Positions 10,204 through 20,719 of a stretch of DNA of 64,000 bases are shown here, in pieces; the first letter of the stretch is position 1, and each line of letters starts with the position of its first letter. Source of the stretch: a virus (lineage: Duplodnaviria > Caudoviricetes); IMG/VR virus record IMGVR_UViG_3300031992_000016, positions 1-64,000 of that record. One strand, 5' to 3'. The notes beneath the pieces were generated by a model, which was not told where the DNA came from, searched no databases, and was given only the letters and a program-made list of their open reading frames with translations. The position numbers and the translations under genes are program-made.

Positions 10204-10823
10204 GGGGCCGCCCGGGCGAAAAAAAATTTTTAAAAAGTATTGACAAGTGCGCGAATGGATGCTATAATAATGGTGTTCCAAGAGAGAACAGAAAGGGCTG
10301 ATAAAGAATGTGTGATTGTGTAGCAAGTGCAATGTTAAATGATTACGAGCGACAAGCATGGACCTTTATCGAAAAGGGAACCCGCATCATTAAACTTTGC
10401 ACAGAATTAAGACAATTAAATTGTAACAAAGAAACTGTTGATTTTGCTTTGGTGTGGTTAGAACGCTCAAAGAAAACTCCTGAGGAAATTATTCAAATGG
10501 TCAAGCTCTATCACAAAGATTTGGAGGATGAAAAATGAATATTGTGGCGCGTGGGTATAGCATTTCACTGAACAAAGAGGAAGAAAATTTTACAAACAAG
10601 ATAGTCGATTTTGTTGATAAGCTGGAAAAGGAAATCTTTGAAGCTGGTGCATTACCTCCTGATGATTTGCAAACAGTTTTTGATGCTTTAAGAGATAACG
10701 CCTGCAAGCTCAGAGACAATGAATTTTATGATGAAGGAGAATAAAAAAAGTATTGACAATCCTTCCCACCTGTGTTATAATGAACATGTTCCAAGAGAGA
10801 ACAAAAGAAAGGAAAGATAAACT

Positions 10824-11024
10824 ATGAATGAAGAGCGTTGCCCATATTGCCAATCTGAAAACTTCATCACTGATGATTATGAAGAAGATTATGCCGAACA
10901 GGATAAAATCACCTTGTACTGGAAATGCAAATGCAACAACTGCGGTAAAGAATTTCACATCCAAGAATGGTACAAGTTACAGCGCAAAACCATCTCGACC
11001 GCGGAACAGTGGGAGGAAGAATAA
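10824..11024 (+). CDS. Small Zn-ribbon protein
   Basis: CPYC...CNNC. Confidence 0.7.
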   Translation: MNEERCPYCQSENFITDDYEEDYAEQDKITLYWKCKCNNCGKEFHIQEWYKLQRKTISTAEQWEEE

Positions 11025-11319
11025 ATGACTATCCAGCGTCGCATTGTATTAGATGATGAAGAACAGAACCTGATTACTCAGGTGGATGATTTGATTACTC
11101 AGGTTTATAATGAATTAGATTCCTCTGATAAGGAGGGCCTCAAAAAGATAATGGCTTTAACAAATGCGTTAGCCGATTTCGCCTATGATTATGGGTCTGA
11201 TGACTATCGAAGTGGGTGCCTGTGACCGCAGGCGCCCGCTTGTTTTTCGCCCGGCCGAGCACCATACGTGCGCAGGCCGCAATTTTGTCAAGACTAACCC
11301 CACACAATTTTTACGCAAA

Positions 11320-11550
11320 TTTTACGATTTTGTTACAATTCTGTTAATTTTCCCGAAACTTTTGTTACAAAAGTATTAAATTTTTGTTACAAATTATTAA
11401 ATTTTTATTAAATTTTTGTAATAATTGTAATAATTTTGTAATATTTTAAATTGTTACGAAAGTATTGCGAAATTGTTACAGATTTATTACGAAATTGTTA
11501 CAAAACTTAACAAAATCGTAACATTTTTGTAACATTTGACCCACTTTTGT
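11320..11550. repeat. AT-rich array of TTGTTAC/GTAAC-core repeats (right)
   Basis: Same motif family as 181-420, including the shared AAATTGTTACGAAAGTATT. Confidence 0.8.
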
Positions 11551-11554
11551 AAAA

Positions 11555-12105
11555 ATTTGGCCCCATATGCACCTGGGCGGCGCGTTCACGCGCCATATGC
11601 GCCGCGCCCACGAATTAATGCTAATGCTACACTCATATGCGCCGAAAATGCGGCATCCGCGGGCACGCAGATAATTTCCCTTAATCCATATGAAATCGCC
11701 GCGTTTTTTCTTGCGCACGATTACAGAATCGCAAGAAGCACCAATGACCCTCATATGCTCTCATTTCCTGACCACGGGCGTAGCAAAATCTTCCCCTCTC
11801 TGAGCCCATTTTAAGACAAAGGGAGCGACCCGACCGGGTTTTCCACTTATCTATTAATAACCCGACCGGTGCGCATACTTTTTTCCACACTACCGACCGG
11901 GTTTTCCATAGTCCCATATGCCTAACCCGACCGCATTCTATATATTTATTCACTTTGCTCACAATTCTTTAATAAATATACACCTACCCGACCGGGTTAT
12001 ACACAAAAAAGCGGGCTATCTACAATACTGTAAATAACCCGTTCCACTTTATATATGTAATTTTACTCAGATAACTCAAAGTATTGTGAATAACCCGACC
12101 GGTCT
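11555..12105. repeat. Non-coding block with CATATG and ACCCGACCG repeats
   Basis: About 6 CATATG(C) at 11560-11920; about 6 (A)CC(C)GACCG(G) at ~11828, 11860, 11892, 11926, 11986, 12093. Confidence 0.8.
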
Positions 12106-12145
12106 GCACATTATTAAAAGGAGCCACATATGTGTGGCTCCTCTT

Positions 12146-12673
12146 TTATATGCCCTTCTCTTTTAACTTCTCAGTCAGTGTCTTCTCTTTTACGTCCGTA
12201 TCAGTCTTGGCCTTATTCGCCTCAATCACCTTTAACGCATCCAACATCTTCTGCCGCATCTCTGGTGTGAGCGTTCGATCTTTCTTTGTACCAGACCATG
12301 CTGGCATTGGCATCGCTTGCCAAGATTGCATATGTGTAGGCGAGAATGTAGTCGCAGGTGCAGTTGTATCTTGTGCTTTTAATGACCGAATAGCAGTATC
12401 AATCCGCGCATCATTGTACATATCTTTCCAATTCCGGTGCTCAGCTAGTGCTAGCCAGTAAGCCAGAAAGGATCTAAGCGTGGTTTCTTCCCCACCCCGA
12501 CCATTTTTAATAAGCTCTATAATTACATCTGCATAGTCCTTCATCTGCTAATCAGCTTGTAGTTTCTGTGCCGCATTACGCAGAGAAGTATTCATCATAT
12601 TAAGGAAGTCATCTTCCTTAGGATACTGCTTCATTAGTTCATATAGTGTTTGCTAAAACATTGTATTATCCAT
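12146..12673 (-). CDS. Hypothetical protein with 2 in-frame TAG (Gln)
   Basis: ORF 12146-12544 extends through two TAG to an ATG with RBS TAAGGAG. Confidence 0.75.
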
Positions 12674-12754
12674 ATTGTCATATCTCCTTATTACGAATTA
12701 CGGTAACGATTAAATTCAAGGGGTCGCATATAGCAGTGTGCAGCGATCGCACGA

Positions 12755-12830
12755 CACATCCACAATTTTTAAGGACACATCCACAATTTTTAGATATGTA
12801 TCCACAATTCTTAAAGATACATCCATAACA
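12755..12830. repeat. Four ~21-bp tandem repeats (ACATCCACAATTTTTA core)
   Basis: Direct repeats visible in an intergenic region. Confidence 0.75.
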
Positions 12831-12848
12831 TGTTCAATAGCTAACTGC

Positions 12849-13295
12849 TTAAATATGTATATCTGTATCTACTTCTTTAACAATCTTCGGCTTCCCCGTC
12901 GGTATCCAATGTGGATCAAAATGCCAAAAGTCCTCATTCCTCAACCTAGCATATTCCAATAGCACATCATCCCACTCTTTGGACCCAACCCACTGCCCAA
13001 GATAATTCAACTCATCCAAATAACTATGAACCAATATCCAATTCTTACTATACTTTATATGATCCAGCCCACACATTTGCACACGAGCCAACTGTTCAAT
13101 AACACTTTGATCCCAACCAATATAATATCCAAAACCACTGAAATCACTATCAGGAACTTCATGATTACCAAGCACATTCCATATATAGTCTCTTTCAGTA
13201 ATATACTCCTCTTTCTACGTGCCGTGCAATAGCGCCGCAATCAAAATTCCCAGAAATGTAAAAACAAAAGCCAACAGTACATAACTATACCACAT
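12849..13295 (-). CDS. Membrane-anchored hypothetical protein with 1 TAG
   Basis: RBS GGGAGG; hydrophobic N-terminus; reads through TAG into ORF 12849-13175. Confidence 0.7.
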
Positions 13296-13312
13296 CGCGC
13301 AATTAGCCTCCC

Positions 13313-13687
13313 TTAGTCTAAATTAACATATACACCATCATAAGTGCCGATTTTGTTAAATCTTCCATCATACATGCTATTATCATTCAATACAAAATAT
13401 TGCTGCGCTCGTTCATCACTCGCATCAACTATTTTGCGCAAAGTCTCACTAATCTCAATTGTATCTTGCGCTTTCATCCAAGGTATCAAATATATAGGCA
13501 GCTTTTTATAAGTCCCAATGTAAAATATCGACCCACTATAACGAAACTCAGTTGGTACTTCCTTATTACTCTCATAGTACAAATTCGGTGTGTCTTCGAC
13601 AGTCTCAAACTCAATCTTTTCCTTCAATATATATAAATACTTACGCTTATTTTCAGTTGTAACAGCGTAAGTTAATTCCATCATCAT
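13313..13687 (-). CDS. Hypothetical protein
   Basis: ORF downstream of a minus-strand promoter at ~13715-13752. Confidence 0.65.
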   Translation of the reverse strand: MMMELTYAVTTENKRKYLYILKEKIEFETVEDTPNLYYESNKEVPTEFRYSGSIFYIGTYKKLPIYLIPWMKAQDTIEISETLRKIVDASDERAQQYFVLNDNSMYDGRFNKIGTYDGVYVNLD

Positions 13688-13752
13688 ACTTAAATCACTA
13701 GCCTTTTTCTATCTTTCATATATATTATACCAAAAATTTTTAAAAAAATCAA

Positions 13753-14006
13753 TTTTTTGAAATCATTTTTTGAAATGCTCCTTGGGCTTACGTGCCAATT
13801 TTTGAAATGAAATTTTGAAACCCCTACTCGGCCCCATTTTGAAATCATTTTTTGAAATGTATCCACCCCAGGGTATAATTCATCACAAAGTGATGAATTA
13901 TACCCCTTATTTAGATTTTTTATTTCGCTATTATTTAGATATTGGTAGATGTTTTACCCAAGTATGGTAGATTTTTTACCCATAAGTATGGTAGATTTTT
14001 TACCCA
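13753..14006. repeat. Origin-like region: TTTTGAAAT repeats, 16-bp perfect hairpin, 3 iteron-like TGGTAGAT(G/T)TTTTACCCA units
   Basis: TTTTGAAA(T) about 7 times at 13753-13860; stem 13871-13886/13890-13905; units at 13943-14006. Confidence 0.75.
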
Positions 14007-14605
14007 ATCGGCATTTTAGTCTACATATAATGCTCAGACCAATTTAACAAACGATAACGCGGTGCTTTTCCATCGAAAAAATTTTCAAATGAAATCAAAC
14101 CATTATTCTATAACACATCAAGAGCATTATGAATGGCCTATCTAGCCCGCGGATTACCCCCTAATTTTACACCCAAATGTTCTGCTATTTCTTCCTATGT
14201 AAATACATAACCAGGTTTATATTTCCAACGTTGCCCTAAATAAATATATGTTTTAATAACTGCTTCTTTAACTGTATCAGTTAAAAACTAAACAGTAGCC
14301 AAAGGTAATAATAAATAAATTTCTTCTACATTCGGCATAATATATCTATTATCTTCTTCAATTAAATAACCAATTTCCAACAAATAATTTAAATGAACAC
14401 GCAACGTCTTTGCACTTTTTATTCCAATTTTTTTACATATTGCAGCCTATGTCGGTAAATCACTCTTCAAAACAATAGTGACCCCATCTTCTGGATACGA
14501 CATAGACTATAAATAAGCATATAATTCAGCATCAATGCGTGGGTCTTTCAAGAACGTAATCTCCTTTGTTAAATTAGTGTCAGCTGGAAAGCGTTTTTGA
14601 ACCAT
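14000..14605 (-). CDS. Tandem winged-helix DNA-binding protein (candidate replication initiator or regulator), 201 aa, 7 in-frame TAG
   Basis: RBS GGAGGTG; open frame MVQKRFPAD...PTQAAICKKIGIKSAKTLRVHLNYLLEIGYL...FTQEEIAEHLG...HNALDVLQNNGLI when TAG=Gln; ends TAA. Confidence 0.8.
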
Positions 14606-14732
14606 ACTTGTTTTCACCTCCTTCATAATCTACTGAAAGAGAAATAAGTAAAAATAACTTTTTTTACCCAAGTATGGTAGATATTTTTCCCAAAAATTTT
14701 ACCCATATATAATATAAAAACGGAGTGAATAA

Positions 14733-14963
14733 TCACTCCGCATCAGTATCGTTTGCAATAGTTACATATTTAGGCGCGCGAGGTGGTCTCTCAGCCAAAA
14801 TTGTATTCAAATCCTTTTCAAACTTAGGATTGTTGGCAAACACCCAGCAAAGAAACTCCGGCTTACTAGGATTTGGCGTAGTAGCAACCGGTAAATTACC
14901 CATTTCAATCAACTTAGTCGCGATGCGGCGTGTGTAAATAATCTTATTAACATTCTCAGCCAT
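14733..14963 (-). CDS. Small hypothetical protein (DUF5659-like)
   Basis: IYTRRIATKLIEMG...PNPSKPEFLCWVF. Confidence 0.6.
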   Translation of the reverse strand: MAENVNKIIYTRRIATKLIEMGNLPVATTPNPSKPEFLCWVFANNPKFEKDLNTILAERPPRAPKYVTIANDTDAE

Positions 14964-15132
14964 TTTAAATTCCTCCATTATGCGTCTGGGCGCACTTCGT
15001 TAATGTATTTGAAAGTTTTTTTGTCTCACTTTCTACATATATTATACCAAAAATTTTTCCGTCCGTCAAGTTGATTTTTTCAAAAAAATTTGTTATAATA
15101 TACATATACGATGAAAGAAGGAGGAATACCCC

Positions 15133-15306
15133 GTGATTAAAACAGAACGCATTGATAATTTAATTCACACATATAGTGATTAGGGCTTTATGATTAAGGC
15201 GCCAGATGGCTCAATAGTAAGTGAAGCCTTTGACCTGCGGCCGCAGACATATACCGAGACAAACGTCAAAGCGCCCGCACACGAAGAAATTGACGAAGAA
15301 GCATAA
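15133..15306 (+). CDS. Small hypothetical protein with 1 TAG
   Basis: RBS AGGAGG, GTG start, HTYSD[TAG]GFMI. Confidence 0.7.
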
Positions 15307-15372
15307 AACTTGATTTTTTAATAAAAATATTATATAATATATATATAAGATAAAGAAAGGGTTGGTGGCAAA

Positions 15373-16128
15373 ATGGTAGCAAAGTCTTATCAGAACAAAG
15401 AAATCGTCGGTGAGCCCTACACTGTGATGCTTGACAAACGTGGCGCCGTCCAGTATGTAAAGATTAAGACGGGCCGCACCAATCCGGATGGCTCTCCCGT
15501 TATCAAAGAAGTGCGCTGGTATTCCGAAGAGGAATACTATAAAATGTATCCCCAGGAGATGCCGCAAATCGTCTTTGATGCTAAGAAGGGCTTTGGCTTC
15601 GATAAAGGTTATATTTGGATTTTCGGTGGCGATACTTATAGCGAACTGGAATGGTTCCGCGCATGCCCTGTAACTCGTTACGCTCGCCATTTCGGTTGGT
15701 ATGTTGTAAGTACCGATGAGCTGCCCAACGATATTCCCGAAGGCGTTGAACCCATTAAGCTGATGTGGGAACAGGTGTCGGATGGCAACGACAACATCCT
15801 CGATGAAGATAAAATCAAGTCGATTGTGCGTGACATCCTTCATCCTATTGATACGCGCAGCACCTATCAGGGCGAAATTGGCGGTAAGATTACTGTAACG
15901 GCCAAATGCACGATGTGCCGTGAGGTTTATGGACCGTATGGTATTTCTGTGCTGCACAATTTCGTCGATGCTAATGGTAATGTCTATGTCTGGTTCACTC
16001 AAAAGAGCCTTGAATCTGGCAAGACCTACACTTTCAGCGCGAAAGTAAAAGACCATAAGGAATATCGTAACCAGCAGCAGACTATTATCTACTATCTGCG
16101 TAATATTAAGGAGGTAGAAAATGCCTAA
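15373..16128 (+). CDS. Hypothetical protein with C-terminal OB-fold-like domain
   Basis: YGPYG...FVDANGNVYVWFT...AKVKDHKEYRNQQQT. Confidence 0.7.
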   Translation: MVAKSYQNKEIVGEPYTVMLDKRGAVQYVKIKTGRTNPDGSPVIKEVRWYSEEEYYKMYPQEMPQIVFDAKKGFGFDKGYIWIFGGDTYSELEWFRACPVTRYARHFGWYVVSTDELPNDIPEGVEPIKLMWEQVSDGNDNILDEDKIKSIVRDILHPIDTRSTYQGEIGGKITVTAKCTMCREVYGPYGISVLHNFVDANGNVYVWFTQKSLESGKTYTFSAKVKDHKEYRNQQQTIIYYLRNIKEVENA

Positions 16129-16471
16129 TTATAACATTACGTCTGAATGTATGAGTGCAAAAGATGCAGTTGCTCTTTCTAATAAGGAATACCAGCGCCT
16201 GCGGGACCTGGTATTCCAGCTTTTGCGTAAAACTTTTAACGATGAAGTGCGCAAGGCCGCAACCACTGGCCTGCATTGGTTTAGATGGCGCGTCGTAGAT
16301 AATAATTTGCATGTATCAACAGCCGTCACAGAAGAACTAAGTGATTTTGTGCGGCACCTGCGTGCGCTAGGATATGCGGCGGATGTAACTACTGGCCATT
16401 CTGGTGTAACGAATGGTTATATTTGCGCATGGGGCGAAGATGCTGCTAAATTGATTGAGGAGAATATGTAA
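16121..16471 (+). CDS. Hypothetical protein
   Basis: ORF with RBS AAGGAGG. Confidence 0.7.
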   Translation: MPNYNITSECMSAKDAVALSNKEYQRLRDLVFQLLRKTFNDEVRKAATTGLHWFRWRVVDNNLHVSTAVTEELSDFVRHLRALGYAADVTTGHSGVTNGYICAWGEDAAKLIEENM

Positions 16472-16673
16472 TGGATGTATTAAAAATGACGGTCGGGCAT
16501 CTTTCAGAAACTGAAAGTGAAGCTCTTAAAACTGCGGTTGATGTATTAGAAGAAGTCATGGCAACTGCGCAAGAATATAATTCTATTTATCATGATGCAG
16601 AGACAGCCAAAGATGCTATTGAGATGTTCATAATTAAATATGTTCGCAATAGAACGGACGTGTGGTTCAAATA

Positions 16674-17147
16674 ATGAAATTTTATACATCATATTTCTAT
16701 CAAGTTAGGTTTTTTCCACCTAATTTAATTCCTCTATCAACAGCATGTTCAGACCCAAAATGGTTTCACGACAATAAAGGTTTAAAATGGCAATTCAAAG
16801 ATAAGCGCGGCGTGCTAAATGGACTGCGTGCCGAACCGTTTGTGCCCGGCTAGCAGTTATATGGATTGTGTCGCGGACCTGAATATTGTGAAACAATTAA
16901 TCCTCAAACGTGTGATTTTTTACGTGCTTATAAAGCACAATTAGATGCGTTATACTATGATAGTATAATGTATCGTTTCCAACAGTTGCATGATAAAATA
17001 TGTCATGCAGAGAACCTTGACAATGTAGATTTTGCTCTTTTGGTCCATGAGGCACCGACAAACCAATGTAGTGAAAGAAAAACTCTACAAAATTGGTTTC
17101 TTTCACATAACGTGCCAATTAGCGAATGGTCAAAAGATCAAATATAA
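16674..17147 (+). CDS. DUF488-like protein with 1 TAG
   Basis: ORFs 16662-16853 and 16866-17147 are in frame across TAG 16851; MKFYTSYF start, HE.P...CSER motif. Confidence 0.7.
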
Positions 17148-17172
17148 ATAATTTATTTAAAGGAGAAAGTGT

Positions 17173-17841
17173 ATGAAGAAGTTTGTAGTTTTCATTATGT
17201 CTATTCTCGTCGCGCTGTCAGTAGTAATGTCAGCATCTGCGCTGACGCTATCTGGTGAAGCATTGTGGGCCATTAGCACCGAACAGCATGTTATGGGCAT
17301 TATTGACCCGGCTAAGGTAGAGCACTACTTTGGTCCGCAGGAACCTCCTAAGCCCTATGTGCGCGGGTTCCTTGAAAATGGCCTGGTGCGCGAGAAAGGT
17401 TTGCAGGCTTACACTATCAGCGCAAGCGGTCAGCTGGGTGGATTTACTACTCTGAAAACGACTGTTACAATTTTCCCTCAGTTTGAGGAAGTCGTTTATG
17501 GCCTAGTAACTGATAAGTGCGGATATGAACCCAATAGTGTAACAGATTATATCCTTGCTACTATGTATTTTACTGATGAGTATGTCGGTCACGTATTTAT
17601 TAAGACTAACGTGCCGAAGTTCCATGTTGGTACAATTACTATTACCGATAAAAAGGATACTATTGAACTTTATATGGGCGACTTTGATCTTGATGGAAAT
17701 ATGGAACTTGGATTTGCGCCTGGCTGGACTCCTTGTCAGCCCGCACCTAAGAAGTGCTGCGGCAAATGGACAGTTAAGTGCATTACTGTAACTCAGATTT
17801 GTTATATTAAGCAGTGCTTCCAGAAGACTAAGTGTAAGTAA
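17173..17841 (+). CDS. Secreted hypothetical protein with Cys/Lys-rich tail
   Basis: Signal peptide ending ASA. Confidence 0.7.
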   Translation: MKKFVVFIMSILVALSVVMSASALTLSGEALWAISTEQHVMGIIDPAKVEHYFGPQEPPKPYVRGFLENGLVREKGLQAYTISASGQLGGFTTLKTTVTIFPQFEEVVYGLVTDKCGYEPNSVTDYILATMYFTDEYVGHVFIKTNVPKFHVGTITITDKKDTIELYMGDFDLDGNMELGFAPGWTPCQPAPKKCCGKWTVKCITVTQICYIKQCFQKTKCK

Positions 17842-17950
17842 TTTATTTGGCCGGTGAAAATCCGGCCTATTTTTTTATGCAAAAATGAATCATCTATTTG
17901 AAAATTTTAAAAAAATATTATATAATATATATGTAAGATAAATAAAGGAG

Positions 17951-19762
17951 ATGTGGCAAATGAGCGTTTATGAAATCTTTAATGCTTATCGTATGCGTTA
18001 CGCGACTGGTTCTGAAAATTGTGAGTGTTCTCCTGACGAAGTGTCTGAGGAAGTATTGCTGCAACCCTGGCGCAAAGCTAAGGGCGAATATCTGATGCAG
18101 TTGTTCGGGGATCAGCTTATCCTGGAACGTCCTTTCACCTATCGTCGTGGTGAGGACGAACTGCGCAATGATATGTCTAATTTCCTTGATCGCAACATTG
18201 CCATGTCTTTCCGCAAGATGATGTGGTCTAAGGTTTGTGACCTGCTTGGTATTGAAAGCCGGCAGTGGTATTGGAATGATGGAGTTCTCTTTGGTGATGT
18301 AGAGGACCTTCCCAAAGAGTCTCAGGAGCGCGCTAAGCGTTATAAGGTGGCGCTGGCGCTTGAAAATGCGTTCAGCTTTGATTCTCTGATGGAGAACCAT
18401 ATCGGTGTGGATAAGGCAGTCTCTTGCAAACTGGATGATGGTCGGCGTATTTCCATTGGTTTGAATGAAAAGCCTATGCGCGTTATCGGTAAGTTTGTTA
18501 AGCTGTTCCCTGACGATACTGACATGAAGGAACAATTTGATAAGTATTGTGTTATGCACTCTCAGGTGCTGAACCAGAAGACGCTGAAAGGCACCATCTG
18601 TCTGTCTATTCATCCTCTGGACTATGCTACCGCTTCTGACAATGCGAATGGCTGGTCTAGCTGTATGTCTTGGCAGGAGCAGGGATGCTATCGTATTGGT
18701 ACTGTCGAAATGATGAATAGTCCTATGGTTATTTGCTGCTATGTCAAGAGCGATAATAACATGCTGGATTGGAATTACGCGAATAAGCATTATGTTTGGA
18801 ATAGCAAAAAGTGGCGCGCTTGGGCTATTCTGGATATTCATCAGTGCCTGATTAATAAGCAGTATCCTTATGACAATGATGATTTGGCCACTTTCTGCCT
18901 GAACTGGATTCGTGAGCTGGCGGCTGAAAAGCTGGGCTGGACTTTTGATGCTCCTAAGCTTATCTATGGTGAAAATCCTTCTCATCATGGCGGTCGTGAG
19001 ATTGATGGCGGTTATACTCTTGTGTATGACATGAATAAAATGTATAACGACATCAACATCAATGGTGAAGGTAATCTTTGCTGTCTGCGGCATAATTATG
19101 CTAAGCTGTGGAAAATGCCTCAGCGCGTTCATATTAACGTGAGTGGCGTAGATCAGTGCATGTGTTGCGGCAAGGTGTCTAACTGGGACGACCAGACCGA
19201 AGGTTCTCTGTTTGGCACTTGCTGCGATGCTGAAAATGGTTGCCATTGCGCTCGGTGCGGTGATTACGTCAATGAAGATGACATCTATTATGGTCCTGAT
19301 GATGTCGCTTATTGCCAGGATTGCTATAATGATATATTCGGTCATTGCGAAATTTGCGACAGTGATGTTGAGCGCGAATATATGAATGATGTAACTGTTC
19401 ATATCCCCGAGGATATGATTAAGGAAGGTCTTGAAAAGATTAACGCCATGCCGGAAGTTGATGGATATTTCGACCTGAGCGATTGGCAGATTACCGATTA
19501 TAGCCTGCGCAGCTTCTCTGTGTGCGACCAGTGCTGTAAGGATTATCATTGGAGAATTGTGCATGACCCTCGTCTCAATGGTCATCAGTTCTTTGGCGAT
19601 TTTATTGATACTACGAACAAGCAGATGGATGAAATTGATATTAGCATGTTACTGAGACATTGCGACCTGCCTGGCACTCATTATAACTTCCGTTTCAACC
19701 ACTCCACTCGCGAAAAGATGCAGGCTGTGTGGATGGACCTGTGGGATAAATACATGAAGTAA
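17951..19762 (+). CDS. Large hypothetical protein with C-terminal Zn ribbons (paralog of 22941-24278)
   Basis: SIHPLDY..S.N...W.SC, NSKKWR, QYP; multiple CxxC. Confidence 0.8.
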   Translation: MWQMSVYEIFNAYRMRYATGSENCECSPDEVSEEVLLQPWRKAKGEYLMQLFGDQLILERPFTYRRGEDELRNDMSNFLDRNIAMSFRKMMWSKVCDLLGIESRQWYWNDGVLFGDVEDLPKESQERAKRYKVALALENAFSFDSLMENHIGVDKAVSCKLDDGRRISIGLNEKPMRVIGKFVKLFPDDTDMKEQFDKYCVMHSQVLNQKTLKGTICLSIHPLDYATASDNANGWSSCMSWQEQGCYRIGTVEMMNSPMVICCYVKSDNNMLDWNYANKHYVWNSKKWRAWAILDIHQCLINKQYPYDNDDLATFCLNWIRELAAEKLGWTFDAPKLIYGENPSHHGGREIDGGYTLVYDMNKMYNDININGEGNLCCLRHNYAKLWKMPQRVHINVSGVDQCMCCGKVSNWDDQTEGSLFGTCCDAENGCHCARCGDYVNEDDIYYGPDDVAYCQDCYNDIFGHCEICDSDVEREYMNDVTVHIPEDMIKEGLEKINAMPEVDGYFDLSDWQITDYSLRSFSVCDQCCKDYHWRIVHDPRLNGHQFFGDFIDTTNKQMDEIDISMLLRHCDLPGTHYNFRFNHSTREKMQAVWMDLWDKYMK

Positions 19763-20719
19763 TATAACTATCCTCACTCTACAACAAGAGTGAGGATTTT
19801 TTATTTGAAAATTTTAAAATATTTTGATATAATATATATAGAAAGTGAGGGGTGATGAATGATGTTTGTAAGTTTTGAAGATGTTTTTAACGCTGAAAAA
19901 CAAGAGATGTTAGCTAATAAAATTCATGAACGTGCCATTAAGGAGCATTGGTGCTGCACGTGTCGTCATTGTAAATGCGAACATGATGGTGATTGGTGCG
20001 AATTCCGTAACACTGTTGCTGATGGCCCTTGCTTATTTTATGAACTTGAACCAAGTCATTGGACTATATATATTACAGAAGGAGGCAACGATAAATGAAA
20101 AGTCAAAGATGGTATGAAGATAATCCTGAACCGTATTATGAAAAATTTAGAGTTATTGACCAAGAGCTGGCTAATTTACGTATTGAAAATGAATTACTGC
20201 GGTATCAAAATATACGGCTGCGTGACCAGCTCTCTGCCTTTCAAGCCAGATATGGCCCATTGACATTGGATGATGATACCAGTGGTCCGCCCGAAGGACA
20301 TGAGCGCCACGATACTGGCGTCTGGACGCCTGCTAACAAATGGTAAGCACAAACTTGAAAATTTTAAAAAAATTTGATATAATATATATGTAAGATGAAG
20401 GGAGGCAATCGAGTGCGTGATGTAGATTATGGCATAATCGACAAGGATGAGTTAATGCGATTACTAATCGACTTGCAAGAAGGACTAATTGAAGAACGGC
20501 GCATGCGTGATAAAATGTGTGAGCTATATGAGCGACAATTAAAAATTCAAGACGCTGAAATTAAACGGTTGCAATCTGAATTAGCCTTAGCTCATGAAAA
20601 AACAAAAACATCTTTTATAAAACGACCGGCTCCCTTGAGAAAATAAAAAAAATTTGATATAATATATATGTAAGGTAAGGAAAGAAATCCTACCAAATAA
20701 AGAAAGGAAGTAATTCACA

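Larger units (their letters stand above)
424..10782 (+). promoter_or_regulatory. Array of ~23 near-consensus sigma-A promoters (TTGACA-N17-TA(T/C)AAT), one or more per cassette
   Basis: TTGACA at ~424, 1045, 1588, 1676, 1820, 2334, 3042, 3139, 3649, 4296, 4512, 5070, 6343, 6741, 7446, 7576, 8106, 8889, 9047, 9199, 9718, 10240, 10753, each with a -10 box and an upstream A-tract. Confidence 0.9.

Noticed and set aside
1015-10245. Classical integron with attC sites
   Set aside because: No GTTRRRY/RYYYAAC-bounded attC structure and no integrase in the window; the cassettes carry their own promoters
11536-11962. ORFs 11536-11814 and 11681-11962
   Set aside because: They lie in repeat-rich DNA without an RBS and have atypical composition
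17918-19585. Long minus-strand ORFs (also 8886-9824, 15211-16056, 43969-44964, 63256-63840)
   Set aside because: Antisense shadows of well-supported plus-strand genes, with no RBS or motifs
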